NCBI RefSeq assembly: GCF_000737315.1
Contig: NZ_JMCB01000003.1
Span: forward strand, 186,001 to 250,000
Length of the DNA stretch: 64,000 nt
Direction of reading: 5' to 3'
Source of the DNA: Hyalangium minutum
Lineage (GTDB): Bacteria; Myxococcota; Myxococcia; Myxococcales; Myxococcaceae
Below, one piece after another: positions 38,701 through 50,700 of this stretch. How positions within the stretch are numbered: position 1 is the stretch's first letter; each line of letters opens with the position of its first letter. The notes beneath the pieces are model-generated. The model was not told the origin of the DNA. It saw nothing but the letters and a program-made list of their open reading frames with translations, and ran no database searches. Both the position numbers and the translations under genes were made by a program.

Positions 38701-41700
38701 TGCCCAGCGACGACGTGCACCAGGTGGTGGCGAGGGACCGGTTGGCCTTCGTGGCCAACGGAACTTCGGGCGTGGCGGTGCTGGAGCTGGGCAATCCGGA
38801 CGCGCCTCAGCGGGCTTTCACCCGTCCCACGGTGGGTCCGGCGCGGGGCGTGGCGGTGACGGACCAGTGGCTGTTGGTGGCCGCAGGCTCCGGAGGCCTG
38901 CGCGTGCTGGACGTGCGCGATCCGTATCTGCGCGAGCTGGGCTTCGTCGCGCTGCCCGGTGAGGCGAACCGGGTAGAAGTCGTGGGCTCGCGCGCATACG
39001 TGGGGTGCTCGAACGCCCAGGCGCCTCTGGCGGTGGTGGATCTCTCCCGTCCCGCGCAGCCCCGGCTGATGTCGCTGCTCTCGCACGCGCCGCGCCGCCC
39101 GGACCTGCTGGCCAGCGAGGTGACGGACGTCGCCGTCTCCGGAGGCGTGGCGCTGGTGACCACCGCGATCACCGATCAGGACGCGGAGCCCGTGAAGGGG
39201 ATCCTCTCCGCCTCGACGGTGAAGGCGGATGGGGCCGCCTCCACTTTCGTCCGGGCGAACCTGCCGGGCGCTCGGGATGTGCTCTTCAGCCAGGGGCGGC
39301 CGGTGGCGCTGCTCGGGGACTCGGCGATGGGGGCCTTCACGCTCCCTCGGCTGGCGGTGACGGACGTGTCCCCTGTGGATGGCACGGGGCAGGTGCCTCC
39401 CACGGCTCAGGTGACGGTGACGTTCTCCCGGCTGTTGCAGGGGGCCTCGGTGACGGAGCAGACAGTGTTGCTCCGAGCCCAGGACGCCGTGCTCGGGCCG
39501 GTGGTGCCCGCCACGGTGACGGTGAATGAGACGCGCATCCTCGTGGCACCTCGGGCGCCGCTGCCCACGAACACGGAGATCTTCCTCACGGTGCTCCCCA
39601 CCGTCACGGGCGAGGGCGGGGTGACGCTGGGCGAGCGCTTCGTCTCGCGCTTCCGCACGAGCCCAGTGGACGGCCTGCCTCCCCAGGTCGCGGATGTGCA
39701 GCCGCCCGCGGGCCCAGTGGACGGCGGTACACGCGTGAGGGTGTGGGGCCTCCACTTCGCTCCTGGCGCCCGAGTGCTCTTCTCCGGCCAGGAGGCCACG
39801 CAGGTGCAGGTGGCCGCGGATGGCCGCAGCCTCGATGCCGTCACGCCTCCCAACCTGGAGGGGGCCGTCGTGGTGACGGTGGTGAACCCCAACGGGCTGG
39901 AGGGCTCGCTGCTCGGCGGCTTCCTCTACCTCCAGATCCTCGACGTGAGCATGGTGGTGCCGGCCACCGGCAGCCTCGCGGGTGGCAATCTCGTGGAGCT
40001 GTCCGGCTCGGGCTTCCAGCGCGGCGCCACCGTGCGCTTCGACGGGGTGCCCGCCACGGACGTGCGCGTGCTCTCGCCGGGCCGCATCTCCCTGCGCACA
40101 CCTCCCGGACACTTCGGCACGGTGGATGTGCGGGTGGACAACCCGGATGGCCGGTACGTGGTGAAGCCGGATGCCTTCCTCTACTCGAACCTCGTCGTCT
40201 CCCGGGTGCTGGGGCGCCACATCCCGGATCCTCAATATGACGGCCCCATCCGCCCGGCGGAGAAGCTGCCACAAGGCGTCCCGCGCGCCGTGGTGATGCA
40301 GGGCGGCCTGGCCTGGTTGCTGAGCGACGGCACGGCCGCCCTCCAAGCCCACTCCCCCGAGGAGCTGCTCCAGGACAGCATCCAGGCGGCGGTGACGCTG
40401 GTGGACGTGAGCGATCCGGACAACGCCGCCGTGCGGAGCGGTGTGTCCATCGCGCCGCCCTACCAGCCGCGCGCGCTCGCGGTACGGGGCACGACGGCCT
40501 ACGTCGCGGCGGATGCCGCGGAACTGCCCTACGTGGATGTGGTGGGGGAGGGTGGGCCCTCGCTGCTGGTGGTGGATGCGTCGGTGCTGCAGGCCCCGAG
40601 GATGGTGACCGCGGTGCCCTTCGAGGGGACCGCTCGCGCGGTGGCGGTGGCGGATGATCTGGCGCTGGTGGCCGCGGGCGCGGGCGGACTGGCTGTCTTC
40701 TCGGTGGCCGATCCGCTGCGGCCGGTGCTCACGGGCTCGATCCAGAGCATGCGGGTGAGGGGCGAGGTTCGCGCGGTGAACGTGGTGGACGTGGCGGCCT
40801 CGGGCCGCTACGCGCTGGTGAGGGCAGGCACGAACGCCGGCACGTTCACGCTGGTGCTGGATCTGGCCACTCCGGGGATCGAGGTGGTGGGCGAGGCGTC
40901 CGATCTCGGGCCGATGGCGCTCCAGGGCCGCCGGGGACTCACGCTCGGCAACGGGCAGATCCGGACGCTCTCGTTCTCGCCGCCCACGTGGCCTCGGAAC
41001 CTCGTGGGCATGTCGTCGCTCGTGGGGGGTACTCCCGTCACCGTGGCGGTAGGCCCCCACGTGGGCGCCGCGGGGACAGAGGTGTCTCGGCCCGGGAACT
41101 CTGGCTCGGGCAAGCTGGAGGTCTCCCTGAGCGCGGACCCCTCGCGTCCGCGAGCGGTCGATGCCGTGGATCTCTACCCCGCGGCCCGCTTTGGAGGGGT
41201 CGCCGTGGAGCGGGATGTCGCGGTGATCTCCATCTCCGCCTTGCTGACCAAGAAGGGCGAGGTCGTGGCGGATCCCACGCTGGCCCTGGGCTCGGATGGT
41301 TTGGCGGTGGTGCGGATGCCCTTCCTCATGGGGATGCGCAGCCAGCCCGCGGATGGGGACACCGAGGTGCCGCCCTCCACGCCGCTGCGGCTCGAGTTCA
41401 ACCGCGAGGTGGCCGGAGCCTCGCCGCAGACGGTGCGCCTCATTCGCCAGGATGGCTCGGTCAACGGCGTGGTGGAGCCCGCGGAGATCCAGACCTTGGG
41501 GCGCACGGTGCTGCTGCTGCCCGCCCAGCCGCTCGCGCCCTCGACGACCTACCGAGTGGTGGCCGATCAGCTGACGGATGCGCTCACGCGGGCGGAGATG
41601 GCCGGGCCCTTCTACCTGGAGTTCTCCACCGCCAGCAGCAGCGCGGCCATGCCCGTGTCCATCTCAGGGCTCACGCCGCGCGAGGGCCCCGCGGCCGGGG

Positions 41701-44700
41701 GTACGCTGGTGACGGTGACGGGCACGGGCTTCGAGCCGGGGGCCACGGTGCGCTTCGGCGGCGTGCCGGCCACGCAGGTGACGGTGTCCGAGGACGGGAC
41801 GCAGCTCACGGCTCGCACGGCCGCCAACACCGCCGGAGCCGCGACGCTGGAGGTGACCAATCCCTCGGGCAGTGTGGCGCGGCGCCTCGGCGCCTTCCTC
41901 TTTACGCAGCCGCTGTCCGTGCTGGCGGCAGCTCCGGGGCGCGGCCCCGCCTCGGGGGGCACGCGCGTCATCTTGTCGGGCACGGGGTTCTCTTCGACGG
42001 GAACGGTCCAGGTCCGCTTCGGAGGTGTCCCGGCGCTGCGCACGCGCGTGCTCGGGCTGAACCGGCTCGAGGTGTACACGCCGCGCGGCCTGCGCGGCAC
42101 GGTCGACATCCAGGTCACCAACCCGGACGGCAGTCAGGCCACGCTGGAGGACGGCTTCATCTTCGATCAGCCGGGTGGGGCCTCGGTGGCGCTGTCGGAT
42201 CGGCCGGTGGATGTGGTGGTGATCGGCGACTCCGCGCTCGTGCTCCAACGCGGTGGGTTGTCGGTGGTGGATCTCTCCGGGCTGTACCTCAAGGGGCCCC
42301 TCAAGGACACGCCCATCCCTCCGGATCTGGTGGATGGTCTCGTGGACGTGGATAACGATCGCAAGGACGATCGGCTCGTCTCGTTCCTCCCGATCCCGGA
42401 TGCGCTCTCCCTGGCCTATCCGTCCACCTGGGGGCACCGCCTCTTCGTGGGAACAGGAGGCTGGGATTCCAAGCTGCAGCAGTGGACGGCGGGCGAGGTG
42501 CTCGAGGTGGCCATCGCGGATCTGGCCCACCCGGCGATCTCGGCCAGGACGGCGGCCGTGGAGGGGCCTGTCTTCGGCCTGGATGTGAAGGACGAGCGGT
42601 TGCTGGCCGCCACGGGACAGAAGGGACTCAGCAGCTTCGATCGCTCATATGCGCCGTTCCTCGTTGGCCAGCTGCCGATGCAGGGCGCGGCCCAGTCCGT
42701 GGCGGGAAGCGCGGGCATGGCGGTGGTGGGCGTGGGGCAGCGAGACGCCACCTCCTTTGCCGTGTCGGCCGGGGCACTGCGGATCGTCTCCACCGAGGCC
42801 TCGCCTTCGCTCCGGGGCGCGCTGCCGCTCAACATTCAGCGGGCGAGGTGGAAGGGCGACGTGGCCGTCGTGGCTGCTGGCGATGCGGGGCTCGTGCTGG
42901 TGAGCGCCGCGAATCCGGATCAGCCCCAGGTGCTGGCCTCGGTGCTGGTGGGCGGCTTCGCGTGGGATGTGCGGCTGCAGGGCAACCTGGCCTATGTGGC
43001 GGCGGGGACGGCGGGCGTGGCGGTGGTGGATCTGACGGATCTGCTCCACCCGCGCGTGCTGTACCACGTGACGGGCGCCCGGGGCGGCACGGCGAAGCTC
43101 GTGGAGATGACCGCGGGCGGCCGCCTCGTGAGCATGAGGGATCGCGGTACCCAGGGCTGGTCCGTGGACTTCGGACGCCCCTCGGAGCTGGCGGTGGTCT
43201 CCGCGAGCGTGGCGCCGGACGAGGTGGTGCCGCTCTCGCTGCCCTCGGTGACGGTGACGCTGTCCGCGGGCCTGTTGCACACGTCGGCGCCGGAGGCCTT
43301 CTCATTCACGGCGAATGGCGCTCCGGTGCCTGGGACGCTGGAGGCTGGGACGCCGGAGCTGCCGGTGAGCACGCTGGTGTTCCGGCCTTCGGAGCCGCTG
43401 CCCTCGGGCGCCGAGCTGCGGCTGGCGCTGGGCACCTCGCTGCGCTCCCTGCTGGGGGATGCGCTGATAGCGCCCTTCGAGGTGCGCTTCTTCGCCGCGG
43501 GAGGCACGGGCGAGCGTCCGCAGCTCCTCCAGGTGGTGCCGCGCGTGGGGCCCTCCGAGGGAGGCACGGAGATCGAGCTGCTGGGCACGGGCTTCGTCCC
43601 AGGCACCACGGTCCGCATCGGTGCCGCGCCCGCGCTCGTGCTGTCGCTGTCCTCCACGCGGATGACGGTCCGCGTGCCTCCCGGAGAGCCTGGGCTGGCG
43701 GACGTGGTGGTGGTGCACCCCTCGGGCGTCACCGCGAGGCGCTCGGGCGGCTACTTCTATTCCGCGCCGCTGTTCGCGAGCGCGTCGATCCCGCGCTTCC
43801 TCAACCCGAAGGGCGGAAGCACCGTGCGAGTGACGGGGCGCGGCTTCCTGCCCACCTGGTCCAGCCCGTTGGGCTCCACGCGCGTGCTGATTCGCGGGCT
43901 GCCCGCGCGCAGCGTCTCCGTGGAGTCCACCACCCAGCTCGTCGCGGTGGCCGGGCCCGGCTCCTTTGGCGACGCGGACGTGGAGCTGGTGGCGGCGGAC
44001 GGCCTGCAGCGCGCGAGCTCGCCCTCTCCCGTGGGGTATGGGCTCCCATTCTCGGGGAAGGTGGTGGGTGCCTCGGTGAGGCCCGTGGCGCTGGCGGGCA
44101 ACCCCGCGCTGCCGCTGCTGCCGTTCGCGGCGGCGGGCGCTTCGGTGGAAGGCAACACCTTCCCTCAGCCCTATACCGGTCCCATGACGGGCGGCGGCCT
44201 GGTGCCCGAGTCCTTCCGCATGGTGGCCTATGACGTGACTCGCGTGGGCCGGCCCGAGCTGGCGGGCGCCTCGGTGGTGGATCCGCCGGATCACGACGTG
44301 GACTACCTGATCGGCAGCCTGCCGTATCTGGCCCAGCGGGAGCTGCCCCTGCCAGAAGTGGAGCTGATGCCGGACTCCTTCGACGTGGCGCTGCGCGGCA
44401 CCCAGCTCCTGGTGGCCAACGGCGCCAGCGGCCTCGCGGTGATTGACGCGTCCGGGACGACCCTGGAGCAGTGGCCGCTGCTGGGGCGCGGAGGCATTGG
44501 CAGCGTGCTCGGCCAGGAGTACGCCACGCGCCTGCTGGCGACTCCGACGGGAGCCTGGGTGTTCAGCAATCCCCTCGAGGACAACCTCCTGCCCGAGGAG
44601 ATCCCCTGTAAGTCCCCCACGGACGAGCACTACCCCGCCGCGGGCAGTGGTGGCCAGCTGCAGCTCTTCGATACCCGCAGTCCGTCGGATCCGGTCCTCC

Positions 44701-47700
44701 TGGGGAGCATCGGCTCGGGGAGCGCGCAGGAGCCGTACGGCGCCACGGTGGCGGGAGGACGGCTGCTGGTGGCCATGGGCAACCACGCGGGCGTCATCTA
44801 CTGCACCGAGACGCCGTTCCCTCCGCCGCCCTGGGCCTCGCTGACCACGGGCCGCCGCACGCGGTTCCTCGGGCTCGATCCGAGCGACGACTACCGGTCC
44901 GAGGACGCGCCGATCATCATGATGAAGACCCCGCACGGGGCCTTGGAACTCTATGACTCGGCGGGAGTGGGCGCGCAGCGGCTCGCTCGGAGGCCGTACC
45001 CCTACAGCCTCACGGACGTGGTGGTGGTGCGGGACGTGGCCATCGCCTCGGCGGCCGAGTTCGGACTGATCTTCTTCGACGTGCGGCCGGACAACCCGCA
45101 GGCGCCGCAGGAACTGCTGCGGCTGCCCTTCGATCAATCGCTCTCCAACACCCCCGGCCACCCCGAGCGCCTGCGGCTGATTGGGGATCTGCTCTTCGTG
45201 GCCGCCTCCTCGGGGAGCGTGTACGTGCTGGACGTGTCGGATCCGCGCCACCCGGAGTTCCTCAGCGGAGGCAACACGGAGTTCGCGTACGACGTGCTGC
45301 CCGTGGGGGATCGGCTGATGCTGGCGAGCCGCCAGGAGCTCACCGAGCTGTCCATGCCCTTCCTCCTGCCCCTGTCGACGACGCCGGAGCGGGATGCGCT
45401 GGTGCCGCCGTCCCTGAGCCAGCTCGAGGTCCGCTTCAACCGGCCGCTGGCGCCGGCCACCGTCAACGACATCAGCGTGCAGCTGATCGGGCCCTCGGGT
45501 CCGGTCCCGCTGGAGCTGTCCGTGGTGGCGGAGCACGCGACGCTCACCTACGCCGTGCGCGCCCAGCTCCCGGAAGAGGGGCTGGAGCCTGGCGCCACCT
45601 ATGAGGTGCGGATCGCGTCCACGGTTGCGGACCAGCGGGGCGGAGGGATGATCCGGCCCTTCCGCACCGCCTTCCGCACGGGCGCCGCGGGCAGCCACGC
45701 GCCTCGGATCGATGCGGTGCAGCCCTCGGCGGTCTCCATGGCGGGAGGGCAGCAGGTGGTGATCCAGGGCTCGGGCCTGAGCGGCGTGGCGTCGGTGCGG
45801 ATCGGTGGAGCCACCGCCAGCTTCACGGCAGCGGGGGATACGGAGCTGCACGTCACCGTGCCTCCGTCCACGCGCCCTGGGCCAGCGGACGTGCGTATAG
45901 AGGATGCGGGGGGCCCCTGGTCCCTGTTGCCGCACGGCGTCCTGTACCTGTCGCCGCTCGCGAGCGCTCACGCCTCGCTGGTGCCCGACCACGGGCCCGT
46001 GGAGGGCGGTACCGAGGTGAAGGTGTCGTTCAGCGGGGCCTCTCCGGTGGCTCCGGGCACTCGCGTCTTCATTGGAGATCGCGAGGGCGTGAACGTGGAC
46101 GTGGTGAGCCTGTCCACCCTGCGCTTCACCACGCCGCGTCCAGATGGGCCCGGCCTGGTGCCCGTGAAGCTGGAGCGTCCGGGCGAGGTGTCGGAGACGG
46201 TGGGGTACTTCTCCTATGATCTGCCCACGGGCACCACGGTGGATCTGCCCGGCTTCCCGCCGCGCGAGACGTCCGAGGTGGTGCTCTCGGGGGATCTGCT
46301 GTTCGCGGGAGTGCCCACCGCCGGGTACGAGGGGCTCGAGCTCTTCAACATCCGCGTGCCCGAGCACCCGGTCCGTCTGGGAGGCCTGCGCACGGAGGGC
46401 GCGGTGCGAGGCCTGGACGCGCGAGGAGCGCTGGCCCTGCTGGCCACGGATGCGTTCGGCCTGGTGGCGGTGGATGTGCAGGATACCGCCCGGCCCTTCA
46501 CCGTCGGCCGGGGCGCCACTGCGGGGCTCGCCACGGGGATCCGGCTGGAGGGCAACGTGGCCCACGTCTCGGTGACCCAGATGGATGGGGGCGCCGGGTA
46601 TGTGCAGACGTTCGATGTCTCGCAGCCCTCGCTGCCGCTGCTGAGCACCACTCCGCTCACGGAAGATGCGCTGGCGCTGGATCACGCTCCGGGGCGCTTC
46701 TACGCGCTGACCTCCAATGTGCGCACCGGGCAGCCGGATGGGCTGCGCCTCACGGTCTACACCCGCCAGGGCCAGCGCCTGGGCGGCGTGGTGGTGGATG
46801 CCACGCCGCGCTCCTACGCGGAGCTGGTGCGCAGCCGGCTCACTGTGCGCGGAGGCCGGGCCTACGTCACCCTGGGCTCTCGGCTTTACGTCTTCGACAT
46901 GAGCGACGAGACCGCGCCGCAGGTGCTCCAGTCCACGGAACTGGGCGCTCCGGCGCGCGGGCTCACCTGGGCGGGCGGCTCGCTGCTGGTCTCCACCACG
47001 GGGAGCTCCACGCTGGTGACGGTGCCACCGACGGATCTGCTGGTCGTGGGCACCTCGCCCGTGAATGGCGCGCTGGCTTCTCCGCTCACCTCCATCCGCG
47101 TGGACATGAGCCTGCCCGTGCGCGAGGACACGGTGACGGCGGGGACCTTCGAGGTGGTGCAGGTGGGCTCGGCAGGCCCCGTGCCCGTGCCCGGCCATCG
47201 GGAAGTGGTGTTCGCCACGCGGGGCTCCTCGCTCGTCTTCACGCCGGAGGACCCGCTCGAGCCCGGCGCTCAGATTGAGGTGAAGGTGGAGGGGGTGCTG
47301 GGCTTTGACACCCGGCCGCTGGCGCACCCTGCGTCCTTCGCTTTCACGGTGGCGGGGGAAGATGCGCTGCAGCCCTGGGTGGAGCGGCTCGAACCCGCCT
47401 CGGGGCTCTTCACGGACTTCACCGCCACCACGGTGCGGGGCGCGGGCTTCCGCCAGGGCGTCACCGTGCGGATCGCCGGGCAGAACGCCACGGTGGTCTC
47501 CGTGCAGGAGGATCAGCTGGGGATCGTCGTCCCGCCGTCGCTCACGTCGGCAGGGCCGGCCTCGGTGGAGGTCATCGATCCGAGCGGCCTGTCCGCGGTG
47601 CGCCTGGGCGGCTTCCTCTACCGCGAGCCGCTGCGGCTGGCGCTGCTCTCGCCGGATCGCGCGCCGCAGCAGGGCGGAGTGGCCGTGGAGCTGCGAGGCA

Positions 47701-50700
47701 CGGGCTTCATGCCCGGCCTGGTGGTGCGCTTTGGTGGCACCGGCTCCTTCCAGGTGGACGTGCCGTCCATGGAGCGGGCGGTGGCCGTGGCGCCTCCGCA
47801 CGCGCAGGGGTTGGTGGATGTGGAGGCGGTGCTGGGCAGCCAGAGCGCCGTCAAGGCGCGCTCCTTTCTCTATGGCACGGGCGCGGTGTCTCGCCTGCCC
47901 ACGCCCCCGGTGCGGGACGTGCGGGTGGAGGGCACGGTGGCCTATGTGGCGCTGGGCGGCGAGACGGAGATCGTCGGGCTCGACGCCGAGGGCCACCTCA
48001 TCACCCTCGAGCAGCGGCGGAAGACGGACTCCGGTGGGCTCATGGTGGCCGATCTCAGCGAGCCCACGGTGGCGCGCGAGATCCGGCGAGTGAACGTGTC
48101 CGCGCAGGGGGGCGTGCGCCGCATGGCCAGGGCGGGCAACACCCTGTACCTGGCGGCGGGCTCCGCGGGGGTGGTGGCCGTGGACGTGAGCCAGCCCGCC
48201 AACGCGTCGGAGACCCTGAGGCTGTCCGTCCAGGGCGAGGCCGTGGACGTGGTGACGGCCGGCAGCCTGATCTTCGTGGCGGATGGGAGCGGCGTGCGGG
48301 TGTTCCGCACGGGTGAGACGGAGCAGCCCATGCTGGTGGCCCAGCGAGCGCTGCCGGGGGGCGCGAGCGCGCTGGCGTTGTATGGCGGGCTGTTGCTGGT
48401 CTCGAACGCGAGCGCAACGGACGCACGGCTCTATGTGCTGGACGCGCGGCGCGGGGATCTGGCTCCGCTGGCCCAGGAGGCGCATCTGCCGCTGTCGGCT
48501 CCGGCGCGGCACATCGCGGTCGAGGGCACGCGGGCCTTTGTCTCGCTGGGGCGCGCGGGGCAGGTGGCCATCGTCGAGCTGGCCGATCCCACGGCGCCCG
48601 CTCCCGCGGGCACGCTGGTGCTGAAGGACGAGCTGCACCAGGGGTGGACCTCCGCCGAGCAGACGCTGGTGGCCGGAGACGTGGTCTGGGTGGCGGGCGG
48701 AGGCGGCAAGGTGCAGCGCTTCGCGGCGCTGGTGGGGCAGCAGCCCCAGTGGCTGGAGACGGCTTCCGTGCTCGGAGACGCGAAGGCGCTGGCGCGCTCG
48801 GGCCGCTACCTCATGGCGGGCACGCTGCTGCTGGACGTGAACGGACGCCCGGTGGAGATGCCGCTGGCGGACACCCGGGATGCGGCGGGGACCCTGACGG
48901 GCGGGCTCGTCTCTGTGGCGCTGGATCACCTGGAGCTGAGGGGGACGGTGCCGGTGGCGGGCGCGGTGGTGCAGGTGGGCGTGGTGCCCGAGGTTCTGCT
49001 CTCCGCGCTGCCGGACATGGCCACGGCGGGGGCAGTGCGGCTGGAGGGCACGGATGGCGTCGAGGTGCGCGTGGCGCGCCAGGGCCGGGCGGACACGGAG
49101 GGAGGGCGGCTCGCGCTGATCCCGCAGTCGCCGCTGGCGGTGGGGACGGACTACGTGCTGCGCGTGGGCGGCACACTGGCGGATCTCGCGGGCCGGCCGC
49201 TCGGAACGGACGTGGGCGTGCGCTTCCGCACCGGCCCGATCGCATCTCCCGAGCAGCCGGTGATCACGGCGATGTCGCCTGTCACGGGCCTGGAGGCGGG
49301 CGGGGACACGGCCGTCCTCACGGGAGAGGGCTTCATGCCCGGCTGCCAGGTGTGGGTGGGGGACACGCTGGCCTCGGGGGTGACGGTGTCCTCGGATGGG
49401 GGCCGGATCACGCTCATCGTCCCGCCGGGGCCTGCGGGCGCGGCGGCGGTGCGGGTGCGCAACCCCAATGGACTCGAGGCGCTGCAGCTGGGGCTGTACC
49501 GCTACCTCGTGGCCCCCGAGCTGACGCAGGTGTCGCCGGCCCAGGCGCCCTTCAACAGCCGGCAGCGGGTGGTGCTGACGGGCAAGGGCTTCGCGGCGAC
49601 CACGCAGGTGACGTTCGGCGGCAGGCCAGCGCTGCACCCGGTGATGGACTCGCAGGGCCGGATCTCGGTGGAGGTGCCGGACGATGTGACGGGCGTGGTG
49701 GAGGTGGCGGTGGCCACGCCGATGCCGGGAGGGGCGCTGGTCGCCCGGAGGCCGGACGGCTTCACCTATACGCTCAAGCCGCTGGGGGGCGTGGGCGGCA
49801 ACACGGAGGCCCTGGCGGTGGCGGGGCGGGTGCTGCTGGCCGCGCGGGCGGGACGGCTCGTGGCGTTCGATCTCACGCGCCCCGGCGATCTGCCGGAGGT
49901 AGCCAATGTCCCCGGTGTGACGAGTGCGGGGGGCCTGGTGGTCTCGGGTGACGAAGCTTGGCTCGCGGGCCAGGGCGAGGTCGTGCGGTATGCCCTGGAG
50001 GGCTGCGGCGCGGGCCTCCCGGTGAGCTGCCCGCTCCAGGTGGTGGAGCGCATTCCGCTGGTGGCCTCGGGCGTGGCCAGCGTGGCGGCGGGGCAGGGGA
50101 GTGCATACGTGACGGTGGCGGGCGGCAGCGACGTGGTGCTGCTGGGCCGGGTGGACGGGGCCACGCGCGTGGTGGCCCAGGTGAACGTGGGGCCGGGCGT
50201 GGTGCGAGGCGTGGCCATGGCAGGCCCGGTGCTCGCGGTGCTGGTGCAGGGCTCGCAGTCGAGCCGGCTGGAGCTGCGCGACGTGGCGGATGGGTCGCTC
50301 ACGCTGGTGGGTGAGGTGCCCGGGTTGTACTGGACCGTGAACCGGCTGGCCGCGGAGGGCACGCGCGTGGCGGTGGCCTCTGGAGCGGGCGTGCGCCTCT
50401 ATGAGACGGCCGAGCCGGCCGTGCCCGTCGAGCTGGGCCGGTTTGAAGGCCAGGGCAGCGCGTACACCGTGGCGCTGTCGGGCCCGTGGGCGCTGGCCTC
50501 GGGAGACTTCGGGCTGGCGTGGCTGGACACGACGCAGGGGCTGAAGCGGCGCACCTCGGGCTCGACATATGGGTGGGCCGGGAACGTGGCCGTGGGGGCA
50601 GGGGTGGCGGTGGCGGCCTCGGCCTATGAGCTGAGAGCCTTCGAGCTGCCGTACCCCACGGTCACCGGCCAGGAGCCTTCGCCGGGAGGCGCACTGCCCA